Of a stretch of DNA of 64,000 nucleotides, positions 43,977 to 55,522 are shown piece after piece. How positions within the stretch are numbered: the first letter of the stretch is position 1; every line of letters begins with the position of its first letter. The stretch is from Calditrichia bacterium (lineage in GTDB: Bacteria; Calditrichota; Calditrichia; JAJRVZ01): NCBI GenBank assembly GCA_963796965.1, contig CAWCNS010000005.1:1120001-1184000 (forward strand), read 5' to 3'. The translations under genes were made by a program, and so were the position numbers. The notes beneath the pieces are model-generated. The model saw only the letters and a program-made list of their open reading frames with translations. It was not told the DNA's origin and ran no database searches.

Positions 43977-44534
43977 ATGAGCTTACGCTATGAAATTCGC
44001 CTTAGTGGTGCCGGTGGGCAGGGATTGATTTTAATTGGAAAAATTCTTGCCGAAGCTGCCGCAATCTATGATGAAAAAAATGCCACTCAAAGTCAATCTT
44101 ACGGACCTGAAGCCAGGGGAGGTGCCAGCCGTTCTGAGGTTATTATTAGTGACGGAGATATCGATTACCCCAAGGCCACAAATATTGATCTGCTCTTAGC
44201 CATGACCCAGGAAGCTGTTGACAAATACTCCGATGAAGTAAAAAAAGGCGGGATTATTATTACGGACTCGAGCTATGTCAGAAATGAGCCAGAAGGTAAT
44301 TTTAAAGTTTATTCTTTTCCCATTACCCAGATTGCTGAAGAAAAAATTGGCCGCAAAATTGTGGCAAACATTATTGCCCTTGGCGCTATCGAACAATTAT
44401 CTAAGGTCGTCTCTCCGGAGGCCATCATTCATGCCATACGCGCCCGCGTTCCTAAAGGAACTGAAGAGACAAATATATCGGCGTTCAGATACGGTCAGGA
44501 TCTTATTAAAAAAGAATCTGAGGTAGCACAGTAG
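43977..44534 (+). CDS. korC: 2-oxoacid:ferredoxin oxidoreductase gamma subunit
   Basis: EIRLSGAGGQG, QSYGPEARGGASRSEV. Confidence 0.92.
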   Translation: MSLRYEIRLSGAGGQGLILIGKILAEAAAIYDEKNATQSQSYGPEARGGASRSEVIISDGDIDYPKATNIDLLLAMTQEAVDKYSDEVKKGGIIITDSSYVRNEPEGNFKVYSFPITQIAEEKIGRKIVANIIALGAIEQLSKVVSPEAIIHAIRARVPKGTEETNISAFRYGQDLIKKESEVAQ

Positions 44535-44840
44535 ACTGATCTCTACGCATTAAAAATTACAGTTCAGTGCGACCTCGTGTAGAAATTTTATATTGATCCC
44601 CTTTATTTCACTATCAGTTTAGTTAATTCTATGCTACATATACGCATCGAAAAAGGTGGATTATTATTTAGCATGGAACAACCCTGTTCTACACATTAAT
44701 TTATTCACGAAAAAACAAGCAGAAATCGAGGATAAAAGTAATATTAATGGTGAATCGTGAATTGCTTTTTTCTTTTTTCTATTTTCTTAAAATCTTTTGC
44801 TTCTCTGCGACAGATAAATTTAACAACAAACAGCTAAAAT

Positions 44841-47804
44841 ATGGATCCCTTCGAATCACTCGAAAAACGCGTATCAATCCTCGGTAATCATCACCAGAAA
44901 TATATACATACCATATATCGGTTTAAGGACTCACTGATTCACACTCTTGAATCATCTGGCAATTTAATGCAGGTTCATTTATGGCGTTCAAGTTTCTCTC
45001 CTTCAGAAGAAATGGCCATCATTGCCAGCCTTTCTGATGATCCCCGGACAAAAATTCAACATATCAGTTGTTATTATGCTCTACAATTTCTACATATGAA
45101 TTTCCGTAACCTGGATATTCTGGAATTAGGAATTGCCTCCGGACTACCATTACCCGAAGATTACCATAATTTTATGATACAAGTTGGCCGGGATTTTCGT
45201 GAGCTTACCCGCCTTTATCTTTCAAATCTTGTGGACATTTATCTTCCGCCAGAATCACGCCCAAAATTTTGTATTTGCAGTGTCGGTACGCGGGCAGATC
45301 AAGATGATCTGGATATTGGTGTCATTGCCGAGGAAAATTCCGATATCAAACTTCTTGACAATGCCTTTAGAAGAATTGCCCAGGATATGCTCGTCTTTGC
45401 CACCCCACTTCACATGTATCTTTCTGAAAACATCAGTAAACAATACTACACGACGACAATTTCCCAATACAAGCATTTATTAACAAAACAGATTCAGGAT
45501 ATTGTCATCCTGTCTGAATTGTTAAACGCCAAACTTATCTTAGGGGATAGAAAATTATTCAGGAGATTCCAAAAAGAGGTAATTTTTAAATACTTCTACC
45601 ACAGACGTCGTGATATTCGCTATCATGAGGGATATTTGCGTGGTATCCTGGGTGAAGCACGCGCTTTACTCATCAAACCGTTGAATACTGAAGCCATCTC
45701 CCCAAAAGATGATGCCCTTCGCATTCTTAAATCAATAATTCATGCTAAAAAATCTATTTTTAGAATTGAAGAAGTAAATGCCTGGGATATTATTGATAAG
45801 TTAAGAGAAATTGAACCAAACTATGTTTCTCACTATGAATTGCTCTTCAAAGCCGCGTCTTTTCTGGAAACATTTAAATTTCTGCTTCAATTATTCGTAG
45901 TCCAGGAAGATACTTTTAGATTGGATGAAATAGATTCCGGACAGCTTCTCTTATTTCAGATAGGATGGGTTATGAAGCGGTAGGTACCGTTCAGGCCTGG
46001 GATCAATTGATTATAGACTATTATCGATATGTCCGCGAGGTGAGAAAGGTTTCTGATCAAATCATAGATAGTATCTCCGATCACCTGCGAAAGGTATCTC
46101 TCTTTGTGAAGCTGCTTACAAAGAGTCGGTGGGATTCTAAAGGACAATATAAGGGTTCTATGCCGAAAGATTTTATTCATGTGGCACGTTTTTTTGAAGG
46201 GACAAAATATTGGGATGATCTTTTACATCTACTGAAAGACGAAAAAAGAATTTTAGATGCATTTATAAAAGGCTTTGGAGATCTTGACGAAGCACAACGG
46301 GCTAAAGTTATCAGACGATACATTGAATGGGCAAACTTCTCACCACTCACTATCATTCGTCTTATTACCATTCTTTTTAAAAAACAACAGACAATGATTG
46401 GTGTTAGAATTGCCGATGAAATGAATTTGGCTTTTTTGCAACATTTTAGCGATTTGCCCCTTATTACGGAAAGGTTTGTTCTCATCTACAGTTACTATCC
46501 CCAGTATGTGCATGATTATCTGCAGTATTTCCCTGAAACTCATTTTAACTTACTTGATGTTATCCTCTCCAAAGCTGTCCATGATGAAAAAATCCGGGAA
46601 TTTCAGGACCAGCTCAAAGAAGCTGTGTAAAATACACAAATGGTCAAGTCAATACTTTCACCGATTCTTCTATCGCGTCATCTTTAATCACCCTGAATAT
46701 CTTAAATCATTGACGAATCGTGGACAACTGTTTAAAATATCTACCGGCTTACTCGCTATGGTGGACCGTTACCCGGATACAATCCAGAAGAAGAAATTTC
46801 TTGCAGATTATTATGATCTGGATTTTCTGCGTGTTGGAATCGGTACCATGCATGGTGTGGATTTAAATGAAACCAACCATGAATTCACAGAATTTTGTGA
46901 TAATTACATGAAAAAACTCTTTGATATTTGTGCAGAAGAAGTTGAGAGGGAAAGTAAAACAATTGCACCAAGCACTGATACATTAGCGATCCTTGCTGCC
47001 GGGGGTCACGGCCGTGGAAAAGCGTACGATGATGATTATGATCTTATTGCCGTGGTTGACACTGATGATGAGGAAGTAATCCGATATGCAACCCGAATTG
47101 TCTCGAAGATGAACAGAGAGATACTCAAACGTGGCGTATTGCCACATTACCGTCTGGGGGAGATTTTGGAGGGCTTTGTCTCACCCATCTCCAGGATATG
47201 TACCTATCTCGAATCTTATGAAGATGAAGCCTTTATTGATTTATCCCAATTATTGGGGGCCCGAATAATAATTGGTAGTGATGTGATGCGCTCCGTCATA
47301 TATCAAAAAATTTTAAATCGCTTTATTTTCAGTGATAAAACGCGTTATATAAAACGAATGATTAACGAGATTCGAAACCGTCAACAAACGATTGACACCT
47401 GTAGTAAGAATACCTGTAATATTAAAGAAACAACAGGTGGGCTGCGGGATATTGAGGCTATTGCTCTTATTCTTAAGGCCTATCTTGGGATTATGGACCC
47501 GATATTAAAAGACTTTTTCAAAGAGATTAAAATCTATTTGCCAGATCTCTCGAAGGAAATAGATTCACTAAACCACTCCATCTACGTTTTACGAACTTTC
47601 AGGGATCTATATCGCATTACGGTTGCAGCAGAGGACACCTTCAATTCTGATTATTTCTCCAGACTGGCCATTATTTTCAAGCAATATAATCACCCGGAAT
47701 GGGGAGATACGGATTCCATCCGCAAAGAAATCCAGAGGACACTTCAAAAGTCCACAAAAGCATGTAATTCAGTTATTGAATATTTGAATGAGAGAATAAA
47801 TTAG
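44841..47804 (+). CDS. Large GlnE/GlnD-like protein with two nucleotidyltransferase modules (two frameshifts)
   Basis: SVGTRADQDDLDIGVI, AAGGHGRGKAYDDDYDLIAV and NIKETTGGLRDIE; ORFs 44841, 45965 and 46476 overlap consecutively. Confidence 0.65.
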
Positions 47805-47810
47805 ACTTAT

Positions 47811-47891
47811 AATCTTATCCAGAAAAGTCATTCAGAATTTATTTCAGATTTTTGCCAAATATAATCGAATTTTATCATTCTGGATAAGATT
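47811..47891. repeat. 14-bp inverted repeat between convergent genes
   Basis: AATCTTATCCAGAA at 47811-47824 and TTCTGGATAAGATT at 47878-47891. Confidence 0.55.
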
Positions 47892-47923
47892 CGGTATTGG
47901 GAATTAGTAACTCGGAAATTGCT

Positions 47924-49675
47924 TTATCGGAAATTGCTTTTAAGGAGTTGCAGCCCCTTGTCAGAATTTTCTCCAAGATCTATTGTCATCACTCCCCTAC
48001 CAGCATCAAGAAGGGCCTGCCGATCCCCCAGGCATTGTGCCCTTTTTAGTACGCGAAAGCTTATATTTGATTCTTCGGAGAGGGGATTGGCAGGTATAGA
48101 ACAATCTTCCCCCTCTTCTGCTATCAACTGGATATACAGCCCATTTCCCCCATCCCCTTTATGAAGCTGGCCGGTGGAATGAAGAAATCTCGGTCCATAT
48201 CCAACAGTTGTGGCCACATTAAATCGCTTCCGCAAAGAGATCCTCAAATCCTGCAAGAATGATGTTGTATCCTCAGCGGGTTTCATATAAGCCTGAATCG
48301 ACACATAAGGTAAGTTTTCTTCAAATTCAGACAATTTTAATAAGGGTGAAAAAAATGACTTGAGCAGATCATTCAGATTATCTGATTTTTGTTCGGACAT
48401 AATTTTCAAACTATTGCTTTTAAATGTTACCGGGGGTTCTTTTAATTCCCCATCGTTCTTATAATCGTCCATCATTTGCCTGGCCCGGACTTTTGCTGAT
48501 TCAACGTCAGGTTGATCAAAGGGATTAATCCCCATAGTTGCAGCTGCCAGGGCTGTCGCTATTTCCCATCTAAAAAAATCTCCGCCAAGAGAATAGAGAT
48601 CTTCCATAATTAGATAGACCACTGGAAAACCTGCCTTTTCAAGCCCCTTCACCTTGCTATCCATCTCACTATTCTCGCCCTTAAGCTTCAAATAAACAAA
48701 AACCCGGTCCTTAAGGTATTCGTCGGGTGGTCCAATCTCTTCCAAATCGACAGGTAAAATTCCCTGACCATTTTTACCGCTGCTTTCTGCAATTAATTGC
48801 TCAATCCAGGCCCCCATATATTTAAGGGAAGGCGAAGAAAATAAGGTAAGTTTATCTACCCCTATCTTTGCTAATCCACCTAAAATTCCACCTAACCAGG
48901 CAGCACTATTTTGCCCTGCTTCCGGAAGAGTCGATTCATGACATTTCAGTACCATTTCCCTGCTATTTTTTATCAGACGGTCAATATCTATTCCCATGAG
49001 AGCTGCAGGTAGAAGTCCAAAATAGGAAAGTGCAGAATACCGCCCTCCGATATTAGGATCATTTAAAAAGATCCTTCTAAACTTCAATTCTTTGGCCATT
49101 GATTCTAATCCACTATCCGGATCAGTTATAGCAATAAAATGATCTCCTACTTTTTCCATGCCTAAATTGCGAGAACAAGCATTATAAAAATATTTCAGGA
49201 AAGAGATCGTCTCAATGGTACCTCCGGATTTTGTGGAGACTATAAAAAGAGTTTCGTCAAATTTTAGATTTTTGGCTGCTTCGAGAACAGCTGCCGGATC
49301 CGTACTATCGAGCACGAACAAATCCACGAATCCGGCTGTTACACCAAAGGTATATTTGAACACCTCCGGAGCCAGACTCGAACCACCCATTCCCAATAAT
49401 AAGGCTTTCGTAAAGCCGGCGTCTTTAATATCCTTGGCAAAATCTGAAAGATCTTTAATCTCATCTGATCCGATTCCCGGACTGTCTAGCCAGCCCAGGC
49501 GATTGCTGATTTCATCGGGCTTCTCATCCCAGATAGTGTGATCTTTTTGCCACAAACGATCTATGGTTGATTTCTGATCCAGTTTCAAAACCTCTTCTAC
49601 TATTTGCATCGTATAAGATCCAAGATTGGCATAAAAATCATCGATCTTACTGAATATTTGTTTTCCATCCGTCAT
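47924..49675 (-). CDS. pgi: Glucose-6-phosphate isomerase (SIS-domain, Tal-Pgi type)
   Basis: LLGMGGSSLAP, STKSGGTIET, IGGRYSALS, EQLIAESSGK, NPFDQPDVE, GPRFLHSTGQLHKG. Confidence 0.9.
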   Translation of the reverse strand: MTDGKQIFSKIDDFYANLGSYTMQIVEEVLKLDQKSTIDRLWQKDHTIWDEKPDEISNRLGWLDSPGIGSDEIKDLSDFAKDIKDAGFTKALLLGMGGSSLAPEVFKYTFGVTAGFVDLFVLDSTDPAAVLEAAKNLKFDETLFIVSTKSGGTIETISFLKYFYNACSRNLGMEKVGDHFIAITDPDSGLESMAKELKFRRIFLNDPNIGGRYSALSYFGLLPAALMGIDIDRLIKNSREMVLKCHESTLPEAGQNSAAWLGGILGGLAKIGVDKLTLFSSPSLKYMGAWIEQLIAESSGKNGQGILPVDLEEIGPPDEYLKDRVFVYLKLKGENSEMDSKVKGLEKAGFPVVYLIMEDLYSLGGDFFRWEIATALAAATMGINPFDQPDVESAKVRARQMMDDYKNDGELKEPPVTFKSNSLKIMSEQKSDNLNDLLKSFFSPLLKLSEFEENLPYVSIQAYMKPAEDTTSFLQDLRISLRKRFNVATTVGYGPRFLHSTGQLHKGDGGNGLYIQLIAEEGEDCSIPANPLSEESNISFRVLKRAQCLGDRQALLDAGRGVMTIDLGENSDKGLQLLKSNFR

Positions 49676-50065
49676 TTGATTCTCCATAGTTTCAAAGCAA
49701 ATCACAGCCACAAAGAGCATGGCAAAAAAAGTATTGGTCAGTACATTTATAGTTTTGGTGATTTGGAAAAAATTATGCTCTAAAGAACACATTTAAACAT
49801 ATGTGGAAATAAATAATTCTCAAGGGATGAACACAAGAATTGGTTTGGAATTCATTATCGAATCATTTATTTTTGTGCATTCTTTTATTTCGAGCATATC
49901 TATTTTAAATTAGATCACCGATAAGATAAGTTATACCTAGCATTTATCATATCAGGTGTGTGATTCTTTTATCTATAAAATTTATTCTCTGCCCTCCGTC
50001 AATTGATCAGGAGACTCAGGATAGTATTTTATTAACGATTAATCTTCTATTCGAAAGGTATTAGG

Positions 50066-50260
50066 ATGGAACAGAACAAAAGATGGATCACAGATGATCT
50101 GGAACGTAAAGCTTTTGAGGAGATCATTCGCCAGACGTTTAACCATTACAAGGACAACCTCATGTGTTCTCAGGATACGATGGATCAAATCGTTACTGAT
50201 GTAACCAAAGAAATCAGAATGCAATTACAAGGTATATCAAGAAATTATTTAACAAAATAA
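50066..50260 (+). CDS. Small hypothetical protein
   Basis: 64-aa helical ORF in its own intergenic space, with an AAGG-type RBS. Confidence 0.45.
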   Translation: MEQNKRWITDDLERKAFEEIIRQTFNHYKDNLMCSQDTMDQIVTDVTKEIRMQLQGISRNYLTK

Positions 50261-50279
50261 CCTTCTATTTACAATAGAC

Positions 50280-51744
50280 TTAGCGCCCTTTATCAATGGT
50301 TTTTATCAAAGTATTTGCCAGTATTTGATCATCTAAGTTCATCCCATTTAGAAGTGCGACCTTGTCCATATCCTCATCTGACACACCATATTTCTTTAAT
50401 ATTTGTTTTAAACTTCCCTTTCCGCTCACTTTTTGAATTTTTAATCGATCAGGTTTAACATTTAATATTTTTCGATCTGTTAGCTCTTTAAAACCACTCC
50501 CAGTTGTTGTAAAGGTTGATTGAAAACTATCAAACAAAGAGCTATTTTGTGAAACCATGGAAGACAAAAACCTGGTTTTTTCTCTCAATGAAATGCGATT
50601 GTATTCTTAAAATATTCTTACCATCGGCAATTTGCGAATAAACCTGGACAGCTTTAAAGCCATTAACATTAACATTCTTTCTCTGGGCTACTTTTGCCTG
50701 TGTTTCCTTTACATAATTATCCGCTGCTGATGCTGCCGTGGTGGTAGCTGCAAGTGTGAAAATAATAATCGCCTTCTCATCAGAAGAGACCATTTGTACC
50801 TGCGATGGTAGATTATTTACATTCCAACCAGAAGGTACGGGAAATCGAAATTTCATATCAGGATGATAAAAAATACCATTTTCCACAAATCCTTCACGGG
50901 GATTTTCACCAACTATCAGACCACTAACCTTTTTCAAATATGCGTCACGATTGACGGTTAATCCGCTTAGTTTTTTTTCTTTTTGTACTTTCTCAGCTTC
51001 TTTTCGTACATCAACAACCCTGTCAGCCGGATTTGGATGAGTGGAGAACCAATCAGGGACACTACCTTGTTCGCTCTGTCCCTGCATCTTGTCTAATGTA
51101 TAGAAAAAATTTGACATTTCCCGTGCATCATAACCCACTTTGGTGGAATAAGCCACCCCTAGCTCATCCGATTGTCTTTCATCATCCCGGCTGAATTTTA
51201 AAAATAATAGCCCTATCCCTTGCGCAGCTAAACCGGAGAACATCGCAAAGTCCTCTGATATCATAGAACCCACACCGAGCCCCATTTGTGCCAGACTAAT
51301 TTCAGAATACTTTTGTGCCGAATGCCGGGCGGTGACATGTCCAATTTCATGCCCGATAACGCCGGCTAATTCTGCTTCATTATTAAGATAGGCTAGTATG
51401 CCGCGGGTTAGATATATATATCCTCCCGGTACGGCAAAGGCATTGATAACAGGACTATTCATGACTTTAAATTCATATTTCAGATTTGGGCGGTGTGAAA
51501 TCTTAGCCATCTTCTGGCCAATTCCATCAACATAATCCAAGATGGCCTGATCTTCATAAAGACCATACATTTGTACAACGTCCTTGTCAGCGGCTGCCCC
51601 CATTTTGATCTCATCATTTTCGGAAAGTAACATAAATTCATTCTTGCCTGTAACCGGATTCCGTGCGCAGGAAGAAAGATTTATAACCAAGACAACCAAA
51701 CTAAAGAGTATAACAAAACTGGTAAATTTTTTAGTTACTATCAT
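50280..51744 (-). CDS. M48-family zinc metalloprotease lipoprotein with C-terminal LysM-like domain (frameshift near 50560)
   Basis: Lipobox LSSC, NAFAVPGG, HEIGH, FSRDDERQSD, STHP; C-terminal VALLNGM. Confidence 0.88.
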
Positions 51745-52106
51745 TGCTTTTATCCTTAATTAAATATTCATTTAAATTAAAAATGTGAACACCCTATATA
51801 GGCTAACAGCAGACGTTATGTGCAATCATCTTTAAAATTAATAAAAACAAGAGATTTTCAGGTCATTTTATTCCCTGGAAAGTTAAAAAAGGTCTGAGAT
51901 TTTAAAGAAATTAGAATTTAACAAAAAAGCAAGTGAATTTCCGTATTATAATATGAGAAAATCAAAATATTTAGATAAAATCAAATAGAATATAAGGAAT
52001 CATTAATACACTTTATAATGAGAGTTAGTAACAAACGAGGTGCATCTCCTGGCAAATTATTATGATCAATATTTCTATTTATCTCCCTATTCTTTAAATT
52101 GATGAC

Positions 52107-54161
52107 ATGTCTGTTTTTACTACCGCCTGCCCTAGAAATTGTTACAGCACCTGCAGCATGCAGGTTTCTGTTCACAACGGCCGCTTGAAAATGATCGAGC
52201 CACATCCTGAGAATCTTGCAACGCCGGAAGGTGTTTGTCTGAAGGGATTGAGTTATGTTGAACGTGTCTATTCTCCCGATCGTATCCTTCACCCTCTCCT
52301 AAAAAAAAGATCAGACGATTTTGAACAGATTTCCTGGAAATCTGCCTTGGACATTTTAACCACAAAACTTAAGCATTTTAAAGAGTCTTTCGGGCCACAA
52401 AGCATCTTGTTTTATAGCGGAAGTGGTACTAAAGGTCTTTTAAATTCAGTTAGCTTGAATTTTTGGCATTTATTTGGTGGCTGCACCACAACCTATGGTG
52501 ATCTTTGCTGGCCGGCTGGTCTGGAAGCAACACGTTTGACCCTCGGAGAGAATAAACATAGTGACCCTTGGGATATTGCCCATGCAAAATTGATTATAAT
52601 GTGGGGTAAAAATCCTGCAGAAACCAATATTCATCAGATGTTGTACATTGAAAAAGCCCTCCAGAAAGGGGCCAAACTAGTGGTTATTGATCCTAGACGA
52701 ACCGAATCATCACGAATGGCCCACTTGCATATCCAACCCCGTCCAGGAACTGATGGCGCCCTGGCCCTCGCCCTGGCCAATTGGTTGGTTGGTCAGAATA
52801 TGATCGATCATGATTTCATTCAAAAGAATGTTCACGGATTCGCAGAATTCAAATCTACAGCTAAATCCATGACCATTGAAAAGGCCGCAGCAATAACTGA
52901 TTTACCGGAAGAAATAATTTTAAACCTGGCTCGTTTAATAGCAGAAAACCAGCCTCTTACAATTAATGCCGGTTTTGGTATGCAGCGTTATACCAATAGT
53001 GGACAAACAATCAGGTCAATCATTGCCTTATTGGCCTTAACCGGAAATATTGGAAAGCCTGGTGCGGGTTGGATTTATGCCAATCTTCAGAGTGCCATAT
53101 TTGATACGCTAAAAGATCCCCTGGCATTTTATCCACCCAAAAATCCAGATGGGAAAACACGCGTATCAATCTCAACCGCTCTACTGGGTGAAGAAATTTT
53201 ATCTACAGACAATCCACCAATCAAAATGATATGGGTGGAAAGAGGAAATCCTGTTACCCAGAATCCCGACACAAACAAAGTTCTTGAAGCCTTTAGAGCA
53301 CTCGATTTTCGTGTGGTCATTGATCAATTTATGACAGACACCGCCCGGGAAGCAGATTTAATCCTCCCTTCTAAAACCATGTTTGAGCAATCGGATGTTA
53401 TTGGCGCCTATTGGCATCCCTATATACAATTAAAACAAAAAATTATTGATCCTCCCGGTGAGGTCAAACCAGAATCGGAGATTTATTTTCTTCTTGCACA
53501 AGAATTAGGCATGGGCAGAGAGGATATAAAAGGGAAGATCCCAGATCCTTCAGATAAGGCTATTGAAGCATTTCTGGAAGAGAAATTAAATCCCTTTCCC
53601 GATTTGACATTAAAACGGTTAAAAGATGGACCTGTAATCGCACCCGGTAATCAGGGCGTAGCTTTCTCCGATCTGTTATTTGCAACACCAAGCGGCAAGA
53701 TTGAGATTTCGTCCTCGGAAGCAAACAGACGCTGGGACGTAACCCTCACCGCGGAATACTCAGAACCTGAAGAGACAGTTCATCAAAAAAACAAGGCAGA
53801 TATCCCCTATCCCCTCTACTTCATGACTCCGAACACAAAAAATCGTATACACTCACAATTTAACAATCTTAACCTGATTAAACAGTTTAGCCCTAAACCT
53901 CTATTGTATATGCATCCACAGGATGCTCATCAAAGAAATATTACAAAAAATGATAAGATCCGCATATTCAATAATCGCGGAGAGTTGTTTGCCAATATTT
54001 CTATTGATTTTGGATTAAAACCGGGATGTGTTGCCATGACAAATGGATGGTGGATTAGTGATGGGGGAACTGTAAATTTTCTTTCAAAGGGTAGAGAAAC
54101 AGACATGGGACATGGTGCCGCCTTTCATGAAAATTTGGTTGAAGTAGAACGGGTAGATTAA
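52107..54161 (+). CDS. Molybdopterin-dependent oxidoreductase catalytic subunit (DMSO reductase superfamily)
   Basis: CPRNCYSTC...CLKG FeS motif, WGKNPAET, IDPRRT, PGTDGALA, TDTAREADLILP, HSQF. Confidence 0.9.
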   Translation: MSVFTTACPRNCYSTCSMQVSVHNGRLKMIEPHPENLATPEGVCLKGLSYVERVYSPDRILHPLLKKRSDDFEQISWKSALDILTTKLKHFKESFGPQSILFYSGSGTKGLLNSVSLNFWHLFGGCTTTYGDLCWPAGLEATRLTLGENKHSDPWDIAHAKLIIMWGKNPAETNIHQMLYIEKALQKGAKLVVIDPRRTESSRMAHLHIQPRPGTDGALALALANWLVGQNMIDHDFIQKNVHGFAEFKSTAKSMTIEKAAAITDLPEEIILNLARLIAENQPLTINAGFGMQRYTNSGQTIRSIIALLALTGNIGKPGAGWIYANLQSAIFDTLKDPLAFYPPKNPDGKTRVSISTALLGEEILSTDNPPIKMIWVERGNPVTQNPDTNKVLEAFRALDFRVVIDQFMTDTAREADLILPSKTMFEQSDVIGAYWHPYIQLKQKIIDPPGEVKPESEIYFLLAQELGMGREDIKGKIPDPSDKAIEAFLEEKLNPFPDLTLKRLKDGPVIAPGNQGVAFSDLLFATPSGKIEISSSEANRRWDVTLTAEYSEPEETVHQKNKADIPYPLYFMTPNTKNRIHSQFNNLNLIKQFSPKPLLYMHPQDAHQRNITKNDKIRIFNNRGELFANISIDFGLKPGCVAMTNGWWISDGGTVNFLSKGRETDMGHGAAFHENLVEVERVD

Positions 54162-55522
54162 TGCAAAAAGGCTTTCTATTTGACCTAAATAAATGTACAG
54201 GCTGCGGGGCCTGTCAGATCGCCTGCTCATTAGAGAATGAAGTTCCACTACCGCAAAAGTGGCGACAGGTAGAAACATTTAATTCAATTCAGTGGCCAGA
54301 TTTACCATTTCATCACCTCTCCATATCTTGTAATCATTGTGTCGAAGCGCCCTGTATGAAATATTGCCCAGCATTGGCTATTTCTAAAAACGAAATGACA
54401 GGGGCGGTATTGATCGATGACAAAAAGTGCATTGGCTGTGGATATTGCTCCTGGGTATGCCCATACGATGCGCCAGAGTATAATCAATCGACCGGGATAA
54501 TGAAAAAATGTACATTTTGCCAACATCGGTTAGAGGAGAATCTCTCTCCCGCCTGCGTTACACTTTGCCCTACCACGGCCCTACAAATTGAAAATTTTGA
54601 ATATGAAGATCAGGCACTAAAGGTGAACGGTTTCACTTCCACAGATATCAAACCAGCCCTTAGATTGATCGAACTAAAGCAGAGAGGACCGCTGCAAGAT
54701 CAATCCGATTTACCCTTTGAAAAAGAAATTATTGAATTGTATCGAACCAATAACACTTCCAGACGAGAAAAATCAAAGATAAGTCTTTTAGGCGAATGGC
54801 CTCTGATAGTTTTTACTCTGCTGGCGCCCTTAATAGCTGGATTATTTACGGCAGGTCTATTATCTGTTAATTCAAATTATGATTTTTCGGTCATAATTCT
54901 TGGATTTGCCGGGATTATGATAAGCGGCACCCATCTGGGCAAACAATTTCGCGCTATAAGAGCCATATTAAACTGGCGCCAATCCTGGTTAAGCCGGGAA
55001 GTGATCACCTATGCTTTATTTTTATTGATGTTGATGATCCATTTCCTCGTTTTTCCGAATTCTAATTTACCCGGCTGGTTGGGAGTAGGATTTATTTATT
55101 TATCCCTCTATTCAATGGATCAGGTATACACCCTATTACCAATTCGGAAACCTAAAAAATATCATAGCGCCCAGGCCTTTCTTAATGGGATGTTCTGGGC
55201 ATGTTTTTTCACGTCATATATGCCAGGTATTGTTCTTTTTGGTATAGTCAAATTATATCTTTATATAAAGAGAAAATTTAATAACACTAACAGTCTGAAA
55301 TTCTATATACTATCATTGACGAGAGTTTTCATTGGATTCATTGCACCAGCCACATTTTGGATTTTATCAGGTCCGATGAATTTACATTTAATTCTGCCAT
55401 TTCTGCTCATTGGTGAAATTATCGATCGCTGTGAATTTTATACCGAAATGGAGATCATAACACCCGCCATACAGATGAGGATAGACCTGGATCGGTCGAT
55501 GAGTGAGTCACGTAGAGAGTAG
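54161..55522 (+). CDS. Fused DmsB-like 4Fe-4S protein and DmsC-like membrane anchor
   Basis: CTGCGACQIAC, CNHCVEAPC, CIGCGYCSWVCPY, KCTFC; then EWPLIVFTLL, HLG, SWLSRE and TM helices. Confidence 0.88.
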   Translation: MQKGFLFDLNKCTGCGACQIACSLENEVPLPQKWRQVETFNSIQWPDLPFHHLSISCNHCVEAPCMKYCPALAISKNEMTGAVLIDDKKCIGCGYCSWVCPYDAPEYNQSTGIMKKCTFCQHRLEENLSPACVTLCPTTALQIENFEYEDQALKVNGFTSTDIKPALRLIELKQRGPLQDQSDLPFEKEIIELYRTNNTSRREKSKISLLGEWPLIVFTLLAPLIAGLFTAGLLSVNSNYDFSVIILGFAGIMISGTHLGKQFRAIRAILNWRQSWLSREVITYALFLLMLMIHFLVFPNSNLPGWLGVGFIYLSLYSMDQVYTLLPIRKPKKYHSAQAFLNGMFWACFFTSYMPGIVLFGIVKLYLYIKRKFNNTNSLKFYILSLTRVFIGFIAPATFWILSGPMNLHLILPFLLIGEIIDRCEFYTEMEIITPAIQMRIDLDRSMSESRRE

